Source: Planctomycetota bacterium
Lineage (GTDB): Bacteria; Planctomycetota; SZUA-567; H5-PLA8
DNA length: 64,000 nt
Assembly: GCA_038227045.1 (NCBI GenBank)
Contig: JBBRQD010000006.1
Location: 34,754 to 98,753, forward strand
Reading direction: 5' to 3'
Positions 28,754 to 39,327 of the stretch are shown here, one piece after another. Positions within the stretch are counted from its first letter, which is position 1; each line of letters opens with the position of its first letter. The notes beneath the pieces are model-generated. The model was not told where the DNA came from. It saw only the letters and a list, made by a program, of their open reading frames with translations, and searched no databases. The translations under genes were made by a program, and so were the position numbers.

Positions 28754-29455
28754 CTACTCATAGCCCCTCACCAGATAATAATAGTATCCGCCGAATTCAT
28801 GCGTAAAGCCCCTGAGATCGGACAGTTGAAAATGGCCGTGTGCGCTGCCCACTGGGGAGATTCCAAACCGGCGGAAGGCCAGTTTGCAGCGGCTGATGTG
28901 TGTGAATTGCGACACGATCAGCGCGCTGTGCCAGCCGTTCGCATTGAATATTTTCCGGGCACTTTTTGCGGTGGAGTACGAATCTTTTCCATCGTAATCT
29001 ACCACGATGACATTGCGATCCACGCCGCGGGCAATCAGCCAATCGCGCATGACATCGGCCTCCCATAATTCGCCCGGACCCTTTCCGCCGCTGCAAATTA
29101 TATGGCGCGCGGCCCCGCTTTGATAGACTTCCAACGCCTTTTGCAGCCGCACACGAAGTATCTCGCCGGCCGTTGCGTTCGGCATGACTTCATTGCCCAG
29201 CACGACCGCCGCGTCAGCGGGTTCGGCCGCGGAATCCGAATCGGCCAAGCCGTCCAGCGAAATCAGGGCGCAATGAATCACGAACCACACGGTGAAGAAA
29301 AGAATTCCGCGAAGCAGCCATTTCAGGATGAAAGAGCGTTTGAGTGCAGAGACGATCGATTTTATACTCACGCTTGAAATCCGGGTGTCTGCGGTACAGT
29401 GGCTGGGAACTGAAAAGTTTAGCGGCGTTTTAGAGATGTATAACGAAATTTTCAA
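28754..29455 (-). CDS. DUF218 (YdcF/ElyC/SanA-like) protein with N-terminal TM
   Basis: AAVVLGNEV, GxxRHIICSGGKG and IVVDY-type layout typical of DUF218; hydrophobic N-terminus. Confidence 0.6.
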   Translation of the reverse strand: MKISLYISKTPLNFSVPSHCTADTRISSVSIKSIVSALKRSFILKWLLRGILFFTVWFVIHCALISLDGLADSDSAAEPADAAVVLGNEVMPNATAGEILRVRLQKALEVYQSGAARHIICSGGKGPGELWEADVMRDWLIARGVDRNVIVVDYDGKDSYSTAKSARKIFNANGWHSALIVSQFTHISRCKLAFRRFGISPVGSAHGHFQLSDLRGFTHEFGGYYYYLVRGYE

Positions 29456-29493
29456 GCGATCTGTGTATTCCCAAACCCTTCGGAGGGGCGGCG

Positions 29494-30333
29494 ATGATCT
29501 TCGGAGACTTTGAACTCAACCTGCTCACCGATGGCGAATTCAAGCTCGACGGTGGCGCGATGTTTGGAATCGTGCCCAAACCGCTGTGGACGCCCGAGCG
29601 CGCTGTCGATGAACGCAACCGCATGACGCTCGCCTGTCACTGCCCCTTGATTCGCGCGGGCAAACACGTCATTCTCATCGACTGCGGACTCGGGCGAAAA
29701 TGGAGCGAAAAGCAGCGCGGCATTTACGCGATCGATCCGCGTCCGCGCTTGATCGAAGAACTCGCCGCCATCGGCGTGAAACCATCAGATATCACGATTC
29801 TCATTCACACGCATTTGCATCTCGACCACTCGGGCTGGAACACGCAACTCAATGCGCGCGGCGAATTGGAGCCGGTTTTCGTCAACGCGCGGCACCTCGT
29901 CGAACGGCGCGAACTGGATGTCGCGCGGCGGCCGAATGAACTTCAGCGTGGCACTTATTTGTCTGAAAACATCGCGCCCATCGACGCGGACAAAGGCTGG
30001 GAAACATTCGACGAAACCTGTGAACCGATTCCCGGCGTGTCGGTATTTAGAACCGGCGGGCACACCGCCGGGAATTGCGCGGTGCGAATCGAATCGGGCG
30101 GGCAGCGCGCGTTGTTTATCGGCGAAATGATGCCCACGACCTCGCACCGCCGCCTGCCATGGATCATGGCTTACGATCTGTTTCCGCTGGAAACGCTGGA
30201 GCAAAAGCGCACGCTATTCAAAGAGTGCGTCGAAAAAAATACGCTGATCCTGATGAATCACGATGCGGCCGCGATGGCGGTGCGGCTGCGAAGCGCGGAC
30301 GGAAAAAACCTCGAAGCGATCAAAGAGTATTAA
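29494..30333 (+). CDS. MBL-fold metallo-hydrolase
   Basis: HTHLHLDHSGWN (HxHxDH) zinc-binding motif. Confidence 0.8.
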   Translation: MIFGDFELNLLTDGEFKLDGGAMFGIVPKPLWTPERAVDERNRMTLACHCPLIRAGKHVILIDCGLGRKWSEKQRGIYAIDPRPRLIEELAAIGVKPSDITILIHTHLHLDHSGWNTQLNARGELEPVFVNARHLVERRELDVARRPNELQRGTYLSENIAPIDADKGWETFDETCEPIPGVSVFRTGGHTAGNCAVRIESGGQRALFIGEMMPTTSHRRLPWIMAYDLFPLETLEQKRTLFKECVEKNTLILMNHDAAAMAVRLRSADGKNLEAIKEY

Positions 30334-30355
30334 TGCGCGCGGAGCAAGTTGACCG

Positions 30356-30415
30356 TTGTGGTGTGTGCTTCCAACTTACAATTCCAGCTATGCAGGCCGG
30401 AAGCCTGCACCACAA
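30356..30415. repeat. family-1 palindromic repeat element, copy C
   Basis: ttgtggtgtgtgcttccaac ... ggccggaagcctgcaccacaa between convergent genes. Confidence 0.75.
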
Positions 30416-30438
30416 AACAACCGCATTCATGCTTGGTT

Positions 30439-31884
30439 CTACTGCTGCTGACGCCGAACATCCTTCGGGCGCAGAAGCGGATCTTTCGGAAGCTCCGTGC
30501 TTTGCGATGGAACCTCGGACGGCGGGTCGCGCCGCGCGTTCTGACGCGCGCTGGGCGCCTGTTCAACGCGGCGGTCGACGGGGCGTTTAAAGGCCTGATC
30601 ATCCTCTGGAGCCCCCGGCTGATCGACGGAGCGCTTGAGCGCTTTGTCGTCGGAGACAGTCGGAACCGTGTCCCCGTATTTTTTGTCGACTTCGCGCTCG
30701 ATGTCGGGCGTTGGTCCTTTAGCAGGACCGTCCTTGTTGGGGCCGGCAACCAAATCGGTGGGCAGGGAGCCCGCATGGGGCCATTCGCGCTTTGATAATT
30801 TGAGTTCGCGCAGCGCGGTCAACTTGCTTTCGTACATCGGATCGTTGGGGTCGAGTTCCTGTTCGCCGATCTGCCGCGGCATGCTTTTGTAGTTGAGCTT
30901 GTACCAGTCGAGGTATTTTTTCAGGCCGTCTTGAACGCCCAGGCGGCGGGCTTCGACGGTGATAAACGCCTGGCCCGTAATGGAACTCACCGTCTTGATC
31001 ATTTCATCGACGAATGGCACGTTCCACGTGGCGGCGATGCTCGCTTCCGGCATGGTCATGTAGAATGTCTCAATCACGCGTTTGGTGCAGGTGCGGCCAT
31101 TCATTGCGCCAATGAGTTTCATGCAGGCGATGCGCACTTCGGCGTCGTCGTTTTGAACTCCGGCCCAAAGATAGGGTATCACCTCAGAACCGAGTGCTTG
31201 AATGTCGCTGAGGGCGCCGGCTCGCGTCGTATCTTCAGGATTTTTCCAGGCGACTTTGATTGTATCCAGCGCATCCTTCAGCAACGCCTCTTTGCGAACG
31301 CTCATGCGCTTTGAGAACTCGGAAAATCCCGGCATGGGATTTTCGCCACTGGAAGCGAGATCGCGCGTGCTCGTGGGCGGAGCGTTGACAACGGGATTGG
31401 ACGGCGGTGGGCCGGGGGGCGCCACTTGTTGCGGAGATACCGCGGGCGTACTGGCAACACCATCCGGCGAACTCACATTGTTTTTGACTCTCGCCTGCGG
31501 TCCAACAGGCGCAACGGGCGTAACCGGCACCGGCGGCTTCCTGCCAACGACCTCTCCGGCGGTGGAAGGTGCGCCGGGCCTGACTGGCAAAATGGGCGCC
31601 GGATTTGGAATGTCGAGCGTTTTCGGAATTTCCTTTTCAGCGACTTTGACTTTTTCCCGGACAATTGTTTCGATTTCGGAGCGGCGAATGGACCGCGTTG
31701 ACCCGCGCGTCGTTTTGATGACGACGGTCTGCGGATCTTCGTTGACGATGGTGCCGTTGACCTCGCGCCCATCGTTCAAGAAAATGGTGTCGGCGTGGCA
31801 GCAGTCCATCGCGCCCGCGCTGCACAACAGAGCACTCATCATCCAGCGTTGAATAGAAATTGAACTTGCCATGGCACACCTCAA
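30439..31884 (-). CDS. hypothetical secreted protein with Pro-rich linker
   Basis: 481-aa ORF; signal-like N-terminus; PVPVTPVAPVGP linker; no catalytic motif recognised. Confidence 0.6.
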   Translation of the reverse strand: MRCAMASSISIQRWMMSALLCSAGAMDCCHADTIFLNDGREVNGTIVNEDPQTVVIKTTRGSTRSIRRSEIETIVREKVKVAEKEIPKTLDIPNPAPILPVRPGAPSTAGEVVGRKPPVPVTPVAPVGPQARVKNNVSSPDGVASTPAVSPQQVAPPGPPPSNPVVNAPPTSTRDLASSGENPMPGFSEFSKRMSVRKEALLKDALDTIKVAWKNPEDTTRAGALSDIQALGSEVIPYLWAGVQNDDAEVRIACMKLIGAMNGRTCTKRVIETFYMTMPEASIAATWNVPFVDEMIKTVSSITGQAFITVEARRLGVQDGLKKYLDWYKLNYKSMPRQIGEQELDPNDPMYESKLTALRELKLSKREWPHAGSLPTDLVAGPNKDGPAKGPTPDIEREVDKKYGDTVPTVSDDKALKRSVDQPGAPEDDQAFKRPVDRRVEQAPSARQNARRDPPSEVPSQSTELPKDPLLRPKDVRRQQQ

Positions 31885-31890
31885 AACTTA

Positions 31891-31960
31891 AAGGATGAAA
31901 TACGAAGAATGAAGGATGAATGGAATTTCATTCATCATTCATCCGTCCTCATTCATCATT
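31891..31960. repeat. family-2 GGATGAA palindromic repeat element, copy 2
   Basis: aaggatgaaatacgaagaatgaaggatgaatggaatttcattcatcattcatccgtcctcattcatcatt directly downstream of the ndk stop. Confidence 0.7.
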
Positions 31961-32447
31961 ACTTGCGCTCTTCTGCGCTATAAACCCACTCTCGGACGGC
32001 GCTGCCGCTGCCATTTCCATTCGGCAGCAGTTCGCCTTCCTTGAACCACAACGCCAATTCGCGCGCGGACGACTCCGGCGAATCCGATGCATGAATCAAA
32101 TTGTTCTGACCCGACAGCGCTAAATCGCCGCGGATCGTTCCGCCCGGCGCTTTCAGTCCCGATGTCGGTCCAACCAGTCCGCGCACCACCCCGATCGCGC
32201 CGTTGCCTTCGAGACAAATAACCGCCGCCGGACCGCTGGTGATGAAGCTCAGCAGGCTGCCGAAGAACGGCTTGGCCGCGTGTTCCGCATAATGTTTTTC
32301 GGCAGTCGGCTTGTCGACATTTACCATTTTCAGGCCGGCCACACTGAGACCCTTCTTTTCAAATCGAGCCAGAATTTCGCCGGTCAACCCGCGCGCAACT
32401 CCGTCGGGTTTGATGATGACCAAAGTTCGTTCGTGCAATGCGCTCAA
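31959..32447 (-). CDS. ndk: nucleoside diphosphate kinase
   Basis: IIKPDGV, active-site NLIHASD; TTG start preceded by an AAGGGAG SD. Confidence 0.9.
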   Translation of the reverse strand: MSALHERTLVIIKPDGVARGLTGEILARFEKKGLSVAGLKMVNVDKPTAEKHYAEHAAKPFFGSLLSFITSGPAAVICLEGNGAIGVVRGLVGPTSGLKAPGGTIRGDLALSGQNNLIHASDSPESSARELALWFKEGELLPNGNGSGSAVREWVYSAEERK

Positions 32448-32740
32448 TGTCGTTCTCCCTTTTCGATTCCGTTGTTTTCAAACCGCCGTCCACAGGAACT
32501 GCAATTCGGACGGCACACACCATGCCTATTCGCATATCAATTTATAAGCTTTCGGCACGCGAACGGCAAGCACGGAGAACCGGGAGCACCAAGGAACACT
32601 ACACGTGTCCATGATTGATTGGACGCACAGGAACGACTCCAGCCTACAAAATTCCGCAATGAGAATTCCAATGTGGCGTGAATAAGCTTGAACCGGCCTG
32701 TGCTGCGCGATACCTTTTTGGCAGGAAAGAATCGACGCCC

Positions 32741-32983
32741 ATGCGCCACGGATCAATCATGTCCACCGAACCGCCGCCAAAACGCGCCCGCTGTCCGTAC
32801 TGCGCAAAAGAATTCGCCTACACCACTGTAGCCAAGCACAAGTCCTTTCCATTCTGCAGCGCGCGCTGCCGCGACATCGATTTGGGAAAATGGTTCATGG
32901 GCAGTTACGTCGTGCCCGGCGCGGAAGGTTCGGCGTACGTTGGAGAAGACGACGAAATGTCCCCCGACCGCGACGCCACGTAA
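32741..32983 (+). CDS. yacG: DNA gyrase inhibitor YacG (zinc-ribbon protein)
   Basis: CPYC...[15 protein letters not shown] matches the YacG signature; start is uncertain (32678, 32741 or 32759). Confidence 0.7.
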   Translation: MRHGSIMSTEPPPKRARCPYCAKEFAYTTVAKHKSFPFCSARCRDIDLGKWFMGSYVVPGAEGSAYVGEDDEMSPDRDAT

Positions 32984-32986
32984 ATT

Positions 32987-33072
32987 GGAAGGATGAAGGG
33001 TGAATGATGAAAGATGAATGCTCTGAATCAGCGAATCCGATTCATCCTTCATCCTTTATCCTTCATCATTCC
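32987..33072. repeat. family-2 GGATGAA palindromic repeat element, copy 3
   Basis: ggaaggatgaagggtgaatgatgaaagatgaatgc ... gattcatccttcatcctttatccttcatcattcc; produces a spurious MMKDE...SFILHHS extension on the downstream ORF call. Confidence 0.7.
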
Positions 33073-33081
33073 CCAGCCCCT

Positions 33082-33960
33082 ATGCCCGAAACAGTCACAC
33101 TAGTCGAAACCCCGCGCGATGCCTTTCAAGGGTTGTCGAAGTTCATTCCCACGACCGAAAAGATTCGGTATATCGCGTCGTTGCTCGACGCGGGCTTCAC
33201 GCATATCGATCTCGGCAGTTTCGTTTCTCCGAAAGCCGTTCCGCAGATGACGGACAGCGCGGATGTCTTCGCCGCGTTTGCGGCTCGTGCGGGCATTGAG
33301 CGCATCGCCATCGTGCTGAACGAAAAGGGCGCGCAACGCGCTTTCGCGGTGCCTGGTGTTGAGACGCTGGGATTTCCGTTCAGCCTTTCGGATCGTTTTC
33401 AAAAACAGAATTCAGGCAAATTGCAGTTCGAAACATGGCCGGCGATGAACGCCATTTTCCACGACGCCGCGCTGCGGAAGAAGTCATTCATCCTGTATCT
33501 GTCCATGGCGTTCGGAACGAATTATGACGAGTCGGAAGAAAAAGACTGGAGCGAGGAGAAGTTGTTCGCGTTCATTCAGATGCTGGTCACGCTGGGCGGC
33601 GTGACGCACATTTCGCTGGCGGATACCGTCGGAGTCGCCAAGCCCAAACAAGTTTCGCGCGTGTTCAACTCCGTTCTCAAAGCGTTTCCTGGCGTGCTGT
33701 TCAGCGCTCATTTTCACGGCAGCCCGAAGTCCTGGATGCGCAGTGTCGACGCCGCGCTCGACGCCGGCTGCCGCCGCTTCGACTGCGCGGCCGGCGGACT
33801 AGGCGGATGTCCCTTCGCGTGCGACGAACTCATCGCCAACATTCCGTCCGAGAAACTCGCGGCGCGGCTCGAAAAGCGCGGAATTTCAACCGGCATCGAT
33901 CTCGAAAAAATCAACCACTGCGCGAAAGCCGCGAAAGAGTTTCAGGCGCGCTACGCGTGA
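33082..33960 (+). CDS. hydroxymethylglutaryl-CoA lyase-like (DRE-TIM) enzyme
   Basis: ETPRDAFQ N-terminus and GGLGGCPFA motif typical of HMG-CoA lyase family; start placed at MPETV after the repeat. Confidence 0.75.
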   Translation: MPETVTLVETPRDAFQGLSKFIPTTEKIRYIASLLDAGFTHIDLGSFVSPKAVPQMTDSADVFAAFAARAGIERIAIVLNEKGAQRAFAVPGVETLGFPFSLSDRFQKQNSGKLQFETWPAMNAIFHDAALRKKSFILYLSMAFGTNYDESEEKDWSEEKLFAFIQMLVTLGGVTHISLADTVGVAKPKQVSRVFNSVLKAFPGVLFSAHFHGSPKSWMRSVDAALDAGCRRFDCAAGGLGGCPFACDELIANIPSEKLAARLEKRGISTGIDLEKINHCAKAAKEFQARYA

Positions 33961-33964
33961 ATAA

Positions 33965-34426
33965 TCACGGCAGAAACCGACTGCGCTCCGCCGGAGTCGG
34001 AATACGGCAGGTGTCTTTTTTTCCGAATATCTTGTACCGGTTGTGTGCGATAAGACGGTAGGCCGGGTTGCGGATGAAACGTGGGACGAAGCGTCCGAGA
34101 CTAAGGAACCACCAGATTCCGCCCAGGCGGCGATAGACTTCCAGCGACGCGTCGGATTGATCGTGGGTGCCGTTTTCGTCGAGATAAATCATCGACCAGT
34201 CGCGCGGGTCGGGCGGAAGAGGCGGCAGCAGTTCTCGCGCCGTGCTGCCCTGCAGCGGCGCGTACAGGAACTTCTCCTGGCGATCGATGCGCAGCGCCAG
34301 ATTCACAAACGCGTTGCACATGCCGCACACGCCATCGAAGAAAATAATCGGCTTCTCGATCTTGCCTTTGCCGATGGCGGCGTCTTTGACTTCGGTCGCT
34401 TGAGTTGCTTCAGTCGCTTCGGACAT
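33965..34426 (-). CDS. thiol-disulfide oxidoreductase, DCC family (DUF393)
   Basis: FFDGVCGMCNAFV (the family's Asp-Cys-Cys motif context). Confidence 0.7.
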   Translation of the reverse strand: MSEATEATQATEVKDAAIGKGKIEKPIIFFDGVCGMCNAFVNLALRIDRQEKFLYAPLQGSTARELLPPLPPDPRDWSMIYLDENGTHDQSDASLEVYRRLGGIWWFLSLGRFVPRFIRNPAYRLIAHNRYKIFGKKDTCRIPTPAERSRFLP

Positions 34427-34485
34427 ACGCTTCTCCTGAATATAGGCAACGACGCCTCTTCAGTATGAGATGCCTTTGCGTCAGG

Positions 34486-35169
34486 TCAATCGCCTAAACG
34501 GTCAATCGCCTCGCAAAGCGGGCAACCCTTCACGCCGTGAGCGGGTTCGGCTCGATGCTGTTCCAAAACGCGCCGGGAAATTTCGGCCAATTGTCGGCGG
34601 ACTTCGCGCCGCGTTCCCTTGACGCGCGCGATTTTCATCCGGTCATACGCGGTAGTCTGGTGGCGCATCCACGCGATGATCGCGGCCTCGGCGCGCTCAT
34701 CGACCGGGATGCGCTGGGTCCGCGCAACGGTGCCGCTGCCCACGGGTGTCGCGTGCGCCGTGACGCGTTCGGCTACCTTCAACGCCAGTCCGGAATACGC
34801 GGGCGCAAAGTTCAGAAACTCCAACACCGCCAAGGCAAACTCACCGACGTAGTGTTCCTGCTTCTGCTCGCGCCGGCGCACATCGGCCTCGCGGCGCTTC
34901 GCGTACTGAGGCGTTGCGCGTTCCAATTCAAGCGCGGAACGAGCCGCCGCGATGTTCTCCGCCGGTGCCCAAAGTCCGTGCGAAAATGTCTTGTTGCGAC
35001 GCTTCTCGATGACCTGCCACGACGGTCCCGCCGCCTTGACCCGCCGCGTCAGCCCCGCATCGCCGGGAGGCAAACATTCCCAGCCCGGAGGCGGCGAAAC
35101 GATTTTTCCTTGAGCCGTTCGAAAACAACGGGAATTTTCAGTGGGCGATAAAACGAGACATTCGTGCAA
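34486..35169 (-). CDS. DUF2293-like protein
   Basis: AAIIAWMRHQTTAYDRM...R.EVRRQL resembles the DUF2293 conserved core from memory. Confidence 0.45.
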   Translation of the reverse strand: MHECLVLSPTENSRCFRTAQGKIVSPPPGWECLPPGDAGLTRRVKAAGPSWQVIEKRRNKTFSHGLWAPAENIAAARSALELERATPQYAKRREADVRRREQKQEHYVGEFALAVLEFLNFAPAYSGLALKVAERVTAHATPVGSGTVARTQRIPVDERAEAAIIAWMRHQTTAYDRMKIARVKGTRREVRRQLAEISRRVLEQHRAEPAHGVKGCPLCEAIDRLGD

Positions 35170-35266
35170 AGATATTGTTTCCCAAATACCATCCCCGATA
35201 ATCCGCGTTATTCTGCGTCCATCTGCGATTAAGTTGGCTGCTGAATCAAGAGCAAGGCACCGAATG

Positions 35267-38038
35267 TCATTTTAACAACCCGCGAATTCGTTCCGCGCAG
35301 CCACCGCGAAACGCATCGTCGCTGATGAAATCCTTGGGCGCGCTGTTCTGCCCCGGCGCGATCTTGCGCGCCAGTTCGTCGAGCCACTCCTGCGCCGCCT
35401 TGCCCTCGGGCGTGTCCTTCTTTTTCTCGGCCAGATTCCAGAGCGTTGTGGCGAAGCGGAAATCGTCCGCGCCTTCGCGGCAGCGGACCAGCGTCAGCGT
35501 GGGAATGACTTCCTTGCGGCCCCAGTTGATCATCGCCGTGTCCGGTTCGCGCCCATCGAGATCGAAGAACTGCCAGCCGTGCAGCGCCAGCAGGTGCCAC
35601 TGCATCCGGCCGCGCGCGCCCTTGCGGAATTCGGCCCATTGGAACGCGCCGAAGCTGTAGCGCGATGTGCCTTGATTGTAGATGTAGATGCGCTTGCCGA
35701 GTTCCTTCGCTTTGTCGAAATCGGTTTGCGAATGCGAGTTCAGCGAGGAAAAGTTCAACGTCTTGAAAATGTTCTGCATTTCCGTTTCGAACGGGTCCGA
35801 ATGCGTCCAGTTGACGGAATACGATCCGCCGATGTCGACGAACGGCACGTGCTCGCGATACAGGTGCATCAGCTCCAATTGCGCGCGGCACGTCTCGGCC
35901 ACGCGCGGCTCGTCGGTCATTTCATAGGCGATCGGAAGCCACTTTGCGGCTTTGGCGTGTTCGTCGACCGCAGTCCAGACGATCTTCAGCAACTCGCCCA
36001 TCGTCTTGCCGGTCTTCTTTTCCCACGCATGGCCGGTTTCGCCGATGATGTATCCATCGTGCAGATTTTGAACCATGCCCGGTCCGCCATACGAACAGAC
36101 TTCCTTCGAAAATCCGGCGTCGCGCGCGGCCAGCATGAATTCGTCGCACGCGGCAAAATCGAGCTTCGGTTTTCCAGCCGCATCCAGGCCTGAAAATTGA
36201 ATGCCCGGCCCGCCGGAAAAAGAGTTCATGCCGTTTTCTTTGAGAATGGTGAAGAGGTCGCGCAGCGCTTTCTTTCTGCCTGCAATGCCTTCCGGAACGT
36301 GGATGCCGAAAGGGCCCATCGCGAAATCCGGTTCGTCGAGCGCAACGGGAACGACATCGAGCGAGACAGGCACTTCCAGCGCAAGATCCTCGGCGCTCAA
36401 TTTCAGCGAGCCGGAATACAATCCGCCGGCCGCGTCGGCCGGCACTTTGATCGTGATCCAGAATTGGCGCGTGAGATATTTTTCGAGTTTTAAATCGCCA
36501 TCGATGACGCGGACAGTCTCCGGCGCAATCGTGTAGGCGATGTTGTTGTAGGTGCGGTGAGTTCCGTGGCGGATCACGCGGCATTCGACGCCGCTTGCCG
36601 GAATCGTGCCGGCTGGACCTTTCAATTCGGACGGGACAATCGCGACGGGTCCGCCGAAATCTTTTTCGGCGCGCACCGCGAAACTTAGCGAAACGCGTTC
36701 GCCGCGCGCGGCGAGAGTCTTCGGCGTGTCGCGATTTGCCGGAAGATCGAAGAACGAAAAATCCGTTTCAAGCGGCACATATCCCCAGGTGAATCCGGCG
36801 GGCGCCGGCGCCGGCGCAACCGCGGCGGGCTTCGGCCCCATGAAAATCGCGCGCGACTCGAACTCCGCGCGATTGCGCGTTTCCACTTCGGCGGCGTACT
36901 TCGCGCCGTCATCTTTCTTCGAATCGGGATAAATAATCAGCGCCGCGACCTTGCTGCCCAGCGCGCCGTCCGATTCGAAATGCAGGCGCAGCGGCCCGCC
37001 TTTCACGGTCGCATCGAAGCGTTTGGGCGTGAAGAGATCTTTGACGTAGAGATCCCATACGCTCTGGCCGGGCTTCGGTTCGATATTTTCGAAGCGATAC
37101 AGATAATCAGTCGGCCCTTCGTCTCCGCGATCCTCGCTCCAAAGCGTCGCGCCATTCGACGTGACTTTGCGCGACCGATGACGCGCTTCTTCGCCGCCCC
37201 AATAGCCGCAATCGTCGTAAACCAGCCACACGTGATAGAGGCCTTCGGGAACGTCGGCCTGAAACTCGTTGCCCTCCATCACCACATAGTCCTGATACAA
37301 CCGTGTCGGAAATGTGTCGTCGCGCGCGGAGTTTGGACCGCCCGCGGGGAAGCGCAACCCAAAAGTGCGGCCGTTCTTTCCATAAACGGTGTTCCATGAA
37401 ACCGGCGTGAATCCGGGAAAGACCACCTGGCTTTCGGGACCTAAGTCAAAGGCCAGCACGCCTTCCGGGCGCGATTCCTTGGTCAGCCGCATGTGGTCGA
37501 GGTACAGCGTTCCGTTCGCCGATTTGCATTGAAAACCGATGTCCAGGCGAATAATCGCTTTGGGATCGATATTGGATTTGAGATCATTGTTGCGGCTGCC
37601 CGCTTCGCCGCGGAAGAGCCCTTCGACGGGAATCGAGAGCGTATTCGCGCCGGGACGAAGATTGAAACTTCCGTTGTAACGGTTCCAGTACGTGCTCTTG
37701 GTTTTCCACGCTTCATCGCCAATCAGCACCGAAACGGCAACCGGTTCCTCGGCCGCAACGAAGATATCGACATCGAGCGAATCGTAGCCGGACCAATCCT
37801 GCTTGCGAAAATTGTTCATGTACTCGTTGGCGGAGATCGCCAGCGCCGATTTGCCGTGCGTGACGTGTTCTTCGACGAGGCGCTGAGACTTCGTCTTAAA
37901 CTCCCAATTCCTGAAATCGTCCGCCGATTCGAAGTCGGCGATTACGCGCGATTCAGTCGCACGCGAGGCCGCAATCGCGGCAACAAGCGAGACGGCAAAA
38001 ACCATTTTGACGGAAGAACTTGGGGCAGGAAATGACAT
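35267..38038 (-). CDS. large secreted hypothetical protein (possible glycoside-hydrolase-like)
   Basis: ~920-aa ORF; signal peptide when started at MSFPAP (38038); no motif recognised with confidence. Confidence 0.6.
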   Translation of the reverse strand: MSFPAPSSSVKMVFAVSLVAAIAASRATESRVIADFESADDFRNWEFKTKSQRLVEEHVTHGKSALAISANEYMNNFRKQDWSGYDSLDVDIFVAAEEPVAVSVLIGDEAWKTKSTYWNRYNGSFNLRPGANTLSIPVEGLFRGEAGSRNNDLKSNIDPKAIIRLDIGFQCKSANGTLYLDHMRLTKESRPEGVLAFDLGPESQVVFPGFTPVSWNTVYGKNGRTFGLRFPAGGPNSARDDTFPTRLYQDYVVMEGNEFQADVPEGLYHVWLVYDDCGYWGGEEARHRSRKVTSNGATLWSEDRGDEGPTDYLYRFENIEPKPGQSVWDLYVKDLFTPKRFDATVKGGPLRLHFESDGALGSKVAALIIYPDSKKDDGAKYAAEVETRNRAEFESRAIFMGPKPAAVAPAPAPAGFTWGYVPLETDFSFFDLPANRDTPKTLAARGERVSLSFAVRAEKDFGGPVAIVPSELKGPAGTIPASGVECRVIRHGTHRTYNNIAYTIAPETVRVIDGDLKLEKYLTRQFWITIKVPADAAGGLYSGSLKLSAEDLALEVPVSLDVVPVALDEPDFAMGPFGIHVPEGIAGRKKALRDLFTILKENGMNSFSGGPGIQFSGLDAAGKPKLDFAACDEFMLAARDAGFSKEVCSYGGPGMVQNLHDGYIIGETGHAWEKKTGKTMGELLKIVWTAVDEHAKAAKWLPIAYEMTDEPRVAETCRAQLELMHLYREHVPFVDIGGSYSVNWTHSDPFETEMQNIFKTLNFSSLNSHSQTDFDKAKELGKRIYIYNQGTSRYSFGAFQWAEFRKGARGRMQWHLLALHGWQFFDLDGREPDTAMINWGRKEVIPTLTLVRCREGADDFRFATTLWNLAEKKKDTPEGKAAQEWLDELARKIAPGQNSAPKDFISDDAFRGGCAERIRGLLK

Positions 38039-38083
38039 GCGAAGTCCCCCTGTGTTGTTCAATTGTCTAATTAAACGCGGATG

Positions 38084-38160
38084 AACACAGATTAACGCGG
38101 ATGAATTTGCATTCATTTCCATCTGCGTCAATCTGTGTTCATCCGCGTCCATCTGCGTTA
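38084..38160. repeat. composite palindromic element (aacgcggatgaa direct repeats and a 16-bp inverted repeat), related to family 2
   Basis: cggatgaacacagatt (38087-38102) and aatctgtgttcatccg (38130-38145) are exact reverse complements; atgaatttgcattcat is a nested palindrome. Confidence 0.65.
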
Positions 38161-38184
38161 GAATTAAGCCGCTGTATCCACCGG

Positions 38185-39237
38185 CTATTTCAGCGAATTC
38201 ATGATTTCGTCCAGCGCCGCTTTGTTCGGGCGGACGCGGTCTTGAGCCAGTGTGTTCAGCGGCTCATCCACCAGGTTGCATGTGTCCGCAAACGCGCGCC
38301 GCGAGCGGTCGAGATACAGCAGACCGGTCAGGAACAATTGTTCGTGGCGCGCGCGTTCGATCGTGGCCATGGCGTGCGCTCGATCCGTCGGATCGTAATC
38401 TTCGGCGAGCTTTTTCAAGCGGATCACCGAACCGTCGTGCAGTTCGATTGTCCGCGTTTCGCCGGGCGCGACGTCGACGGGTGTCGTCGGTTCGACGTGC
38501 TCGATGAAGTCGATGTCGTGCAGCGCCATTTCGTGGTCCTTGGCGTATTTGTAGCTCTTCGTCGAGCCTTCGTGATTGTTGAACGTCACACAGGGCGAGA
38601 CGATGTCCAGCACCGCGGTGCCAGGGTGGTGGATCGCAATCTTCAGCAGCGCGAGGAGCTGCTTCAAGTCCGCCGAGAACGAACGTGCCACGAACGTGCA
38701 GCCCAATTCGATCGCCAAGCCGCAGCAATCGATCGGAATCATTTCGTTGACATCGCCCTTCTTCGATCCCGAACCCGTGTCGGCTGTCGCGGAAAACTGG
38801 CCCTTCGTCAAGCCGTACACGCCGTTGTTCTCGATGATGTAAACCATGCCGAGGTTGCGGCGGACGAGGTGGACGTACTGGCCCATGCCAATCGATGCGG
38901 TATCGCCATCGCCGCTGATGCCGATCACGTTCAGGTGCTTGTTGGCCAGCTTCGCGCCGGTCGCTACGGACGGCATGCGCCCGTGCACCGCGTTGAAGCC
39001 GTGCGCTTTATTCAAGAAGTACGCCGGCGTCTTGGACGAGCAGCCAATGCCCGAAAGCTTCGCTACCGTATGCGGCGGCACTCCGAGTTCATAGTACGCT
39101 TTAACAATCTGAGCGGTAATCGAATCGTGTCCGCAGCCCGAACAGAGCGTTGATTCGGCACCCTTATAAGGTTCAATGGTCAAGCCAATCCGGTTGGTCT
39201 TGGGTGCGGCTGCGGGAGCGGTCAATACTTCTGCCAT
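38185..39237 (-). CDS. korB: 2-oxoacid:ferredoxin oxidoreductase beta subunit (TPP-binding)
   Basis: CSGCGH...GIGCS...GDGD...IENNGVYGLTKGQ are characteristic KorB/OorB motifs. Confidence 0.85.
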   Translation of the reverse strand: MAEVLTAPAAAPKTNRIGLTIEPYKGAESTLCSGCGHDSITAQIVKAYYELGVPPHTVAKLSGIGCSSKTPAYFLNKAHGFNAVHGRMPSVATGAKLANKHLNVIGISGDGDTASIGMGQYVHLVRRNLGMVYIIENNGVYGLTKGQFSATADTGSGSKKGDVNEMIPIDCCGLAIELGCTFVARSFSADLKQLLALLKIAIHHPGTAVLDIVSPCVTFNNHEGSTKSYKYAKDHEMALHDIDFIEHVEPTTPVDVAPGETRTIELHDGSVIRLKKLAEDYDPTDRAHAMATIERARHEQLFLTGLLYLDRSRRAFADTCNLVDEPLNTLAQDRVRPNKAALDEIMNSLK

Positions 39238-39327
39238 TTCTGATTCTCCTTGAGGACATCATGTCCATTTGCGTTATCAGATTAAAAATACCTATCGAAT
39301 CACTTCGCCTCGCCGATCCACGGTCCG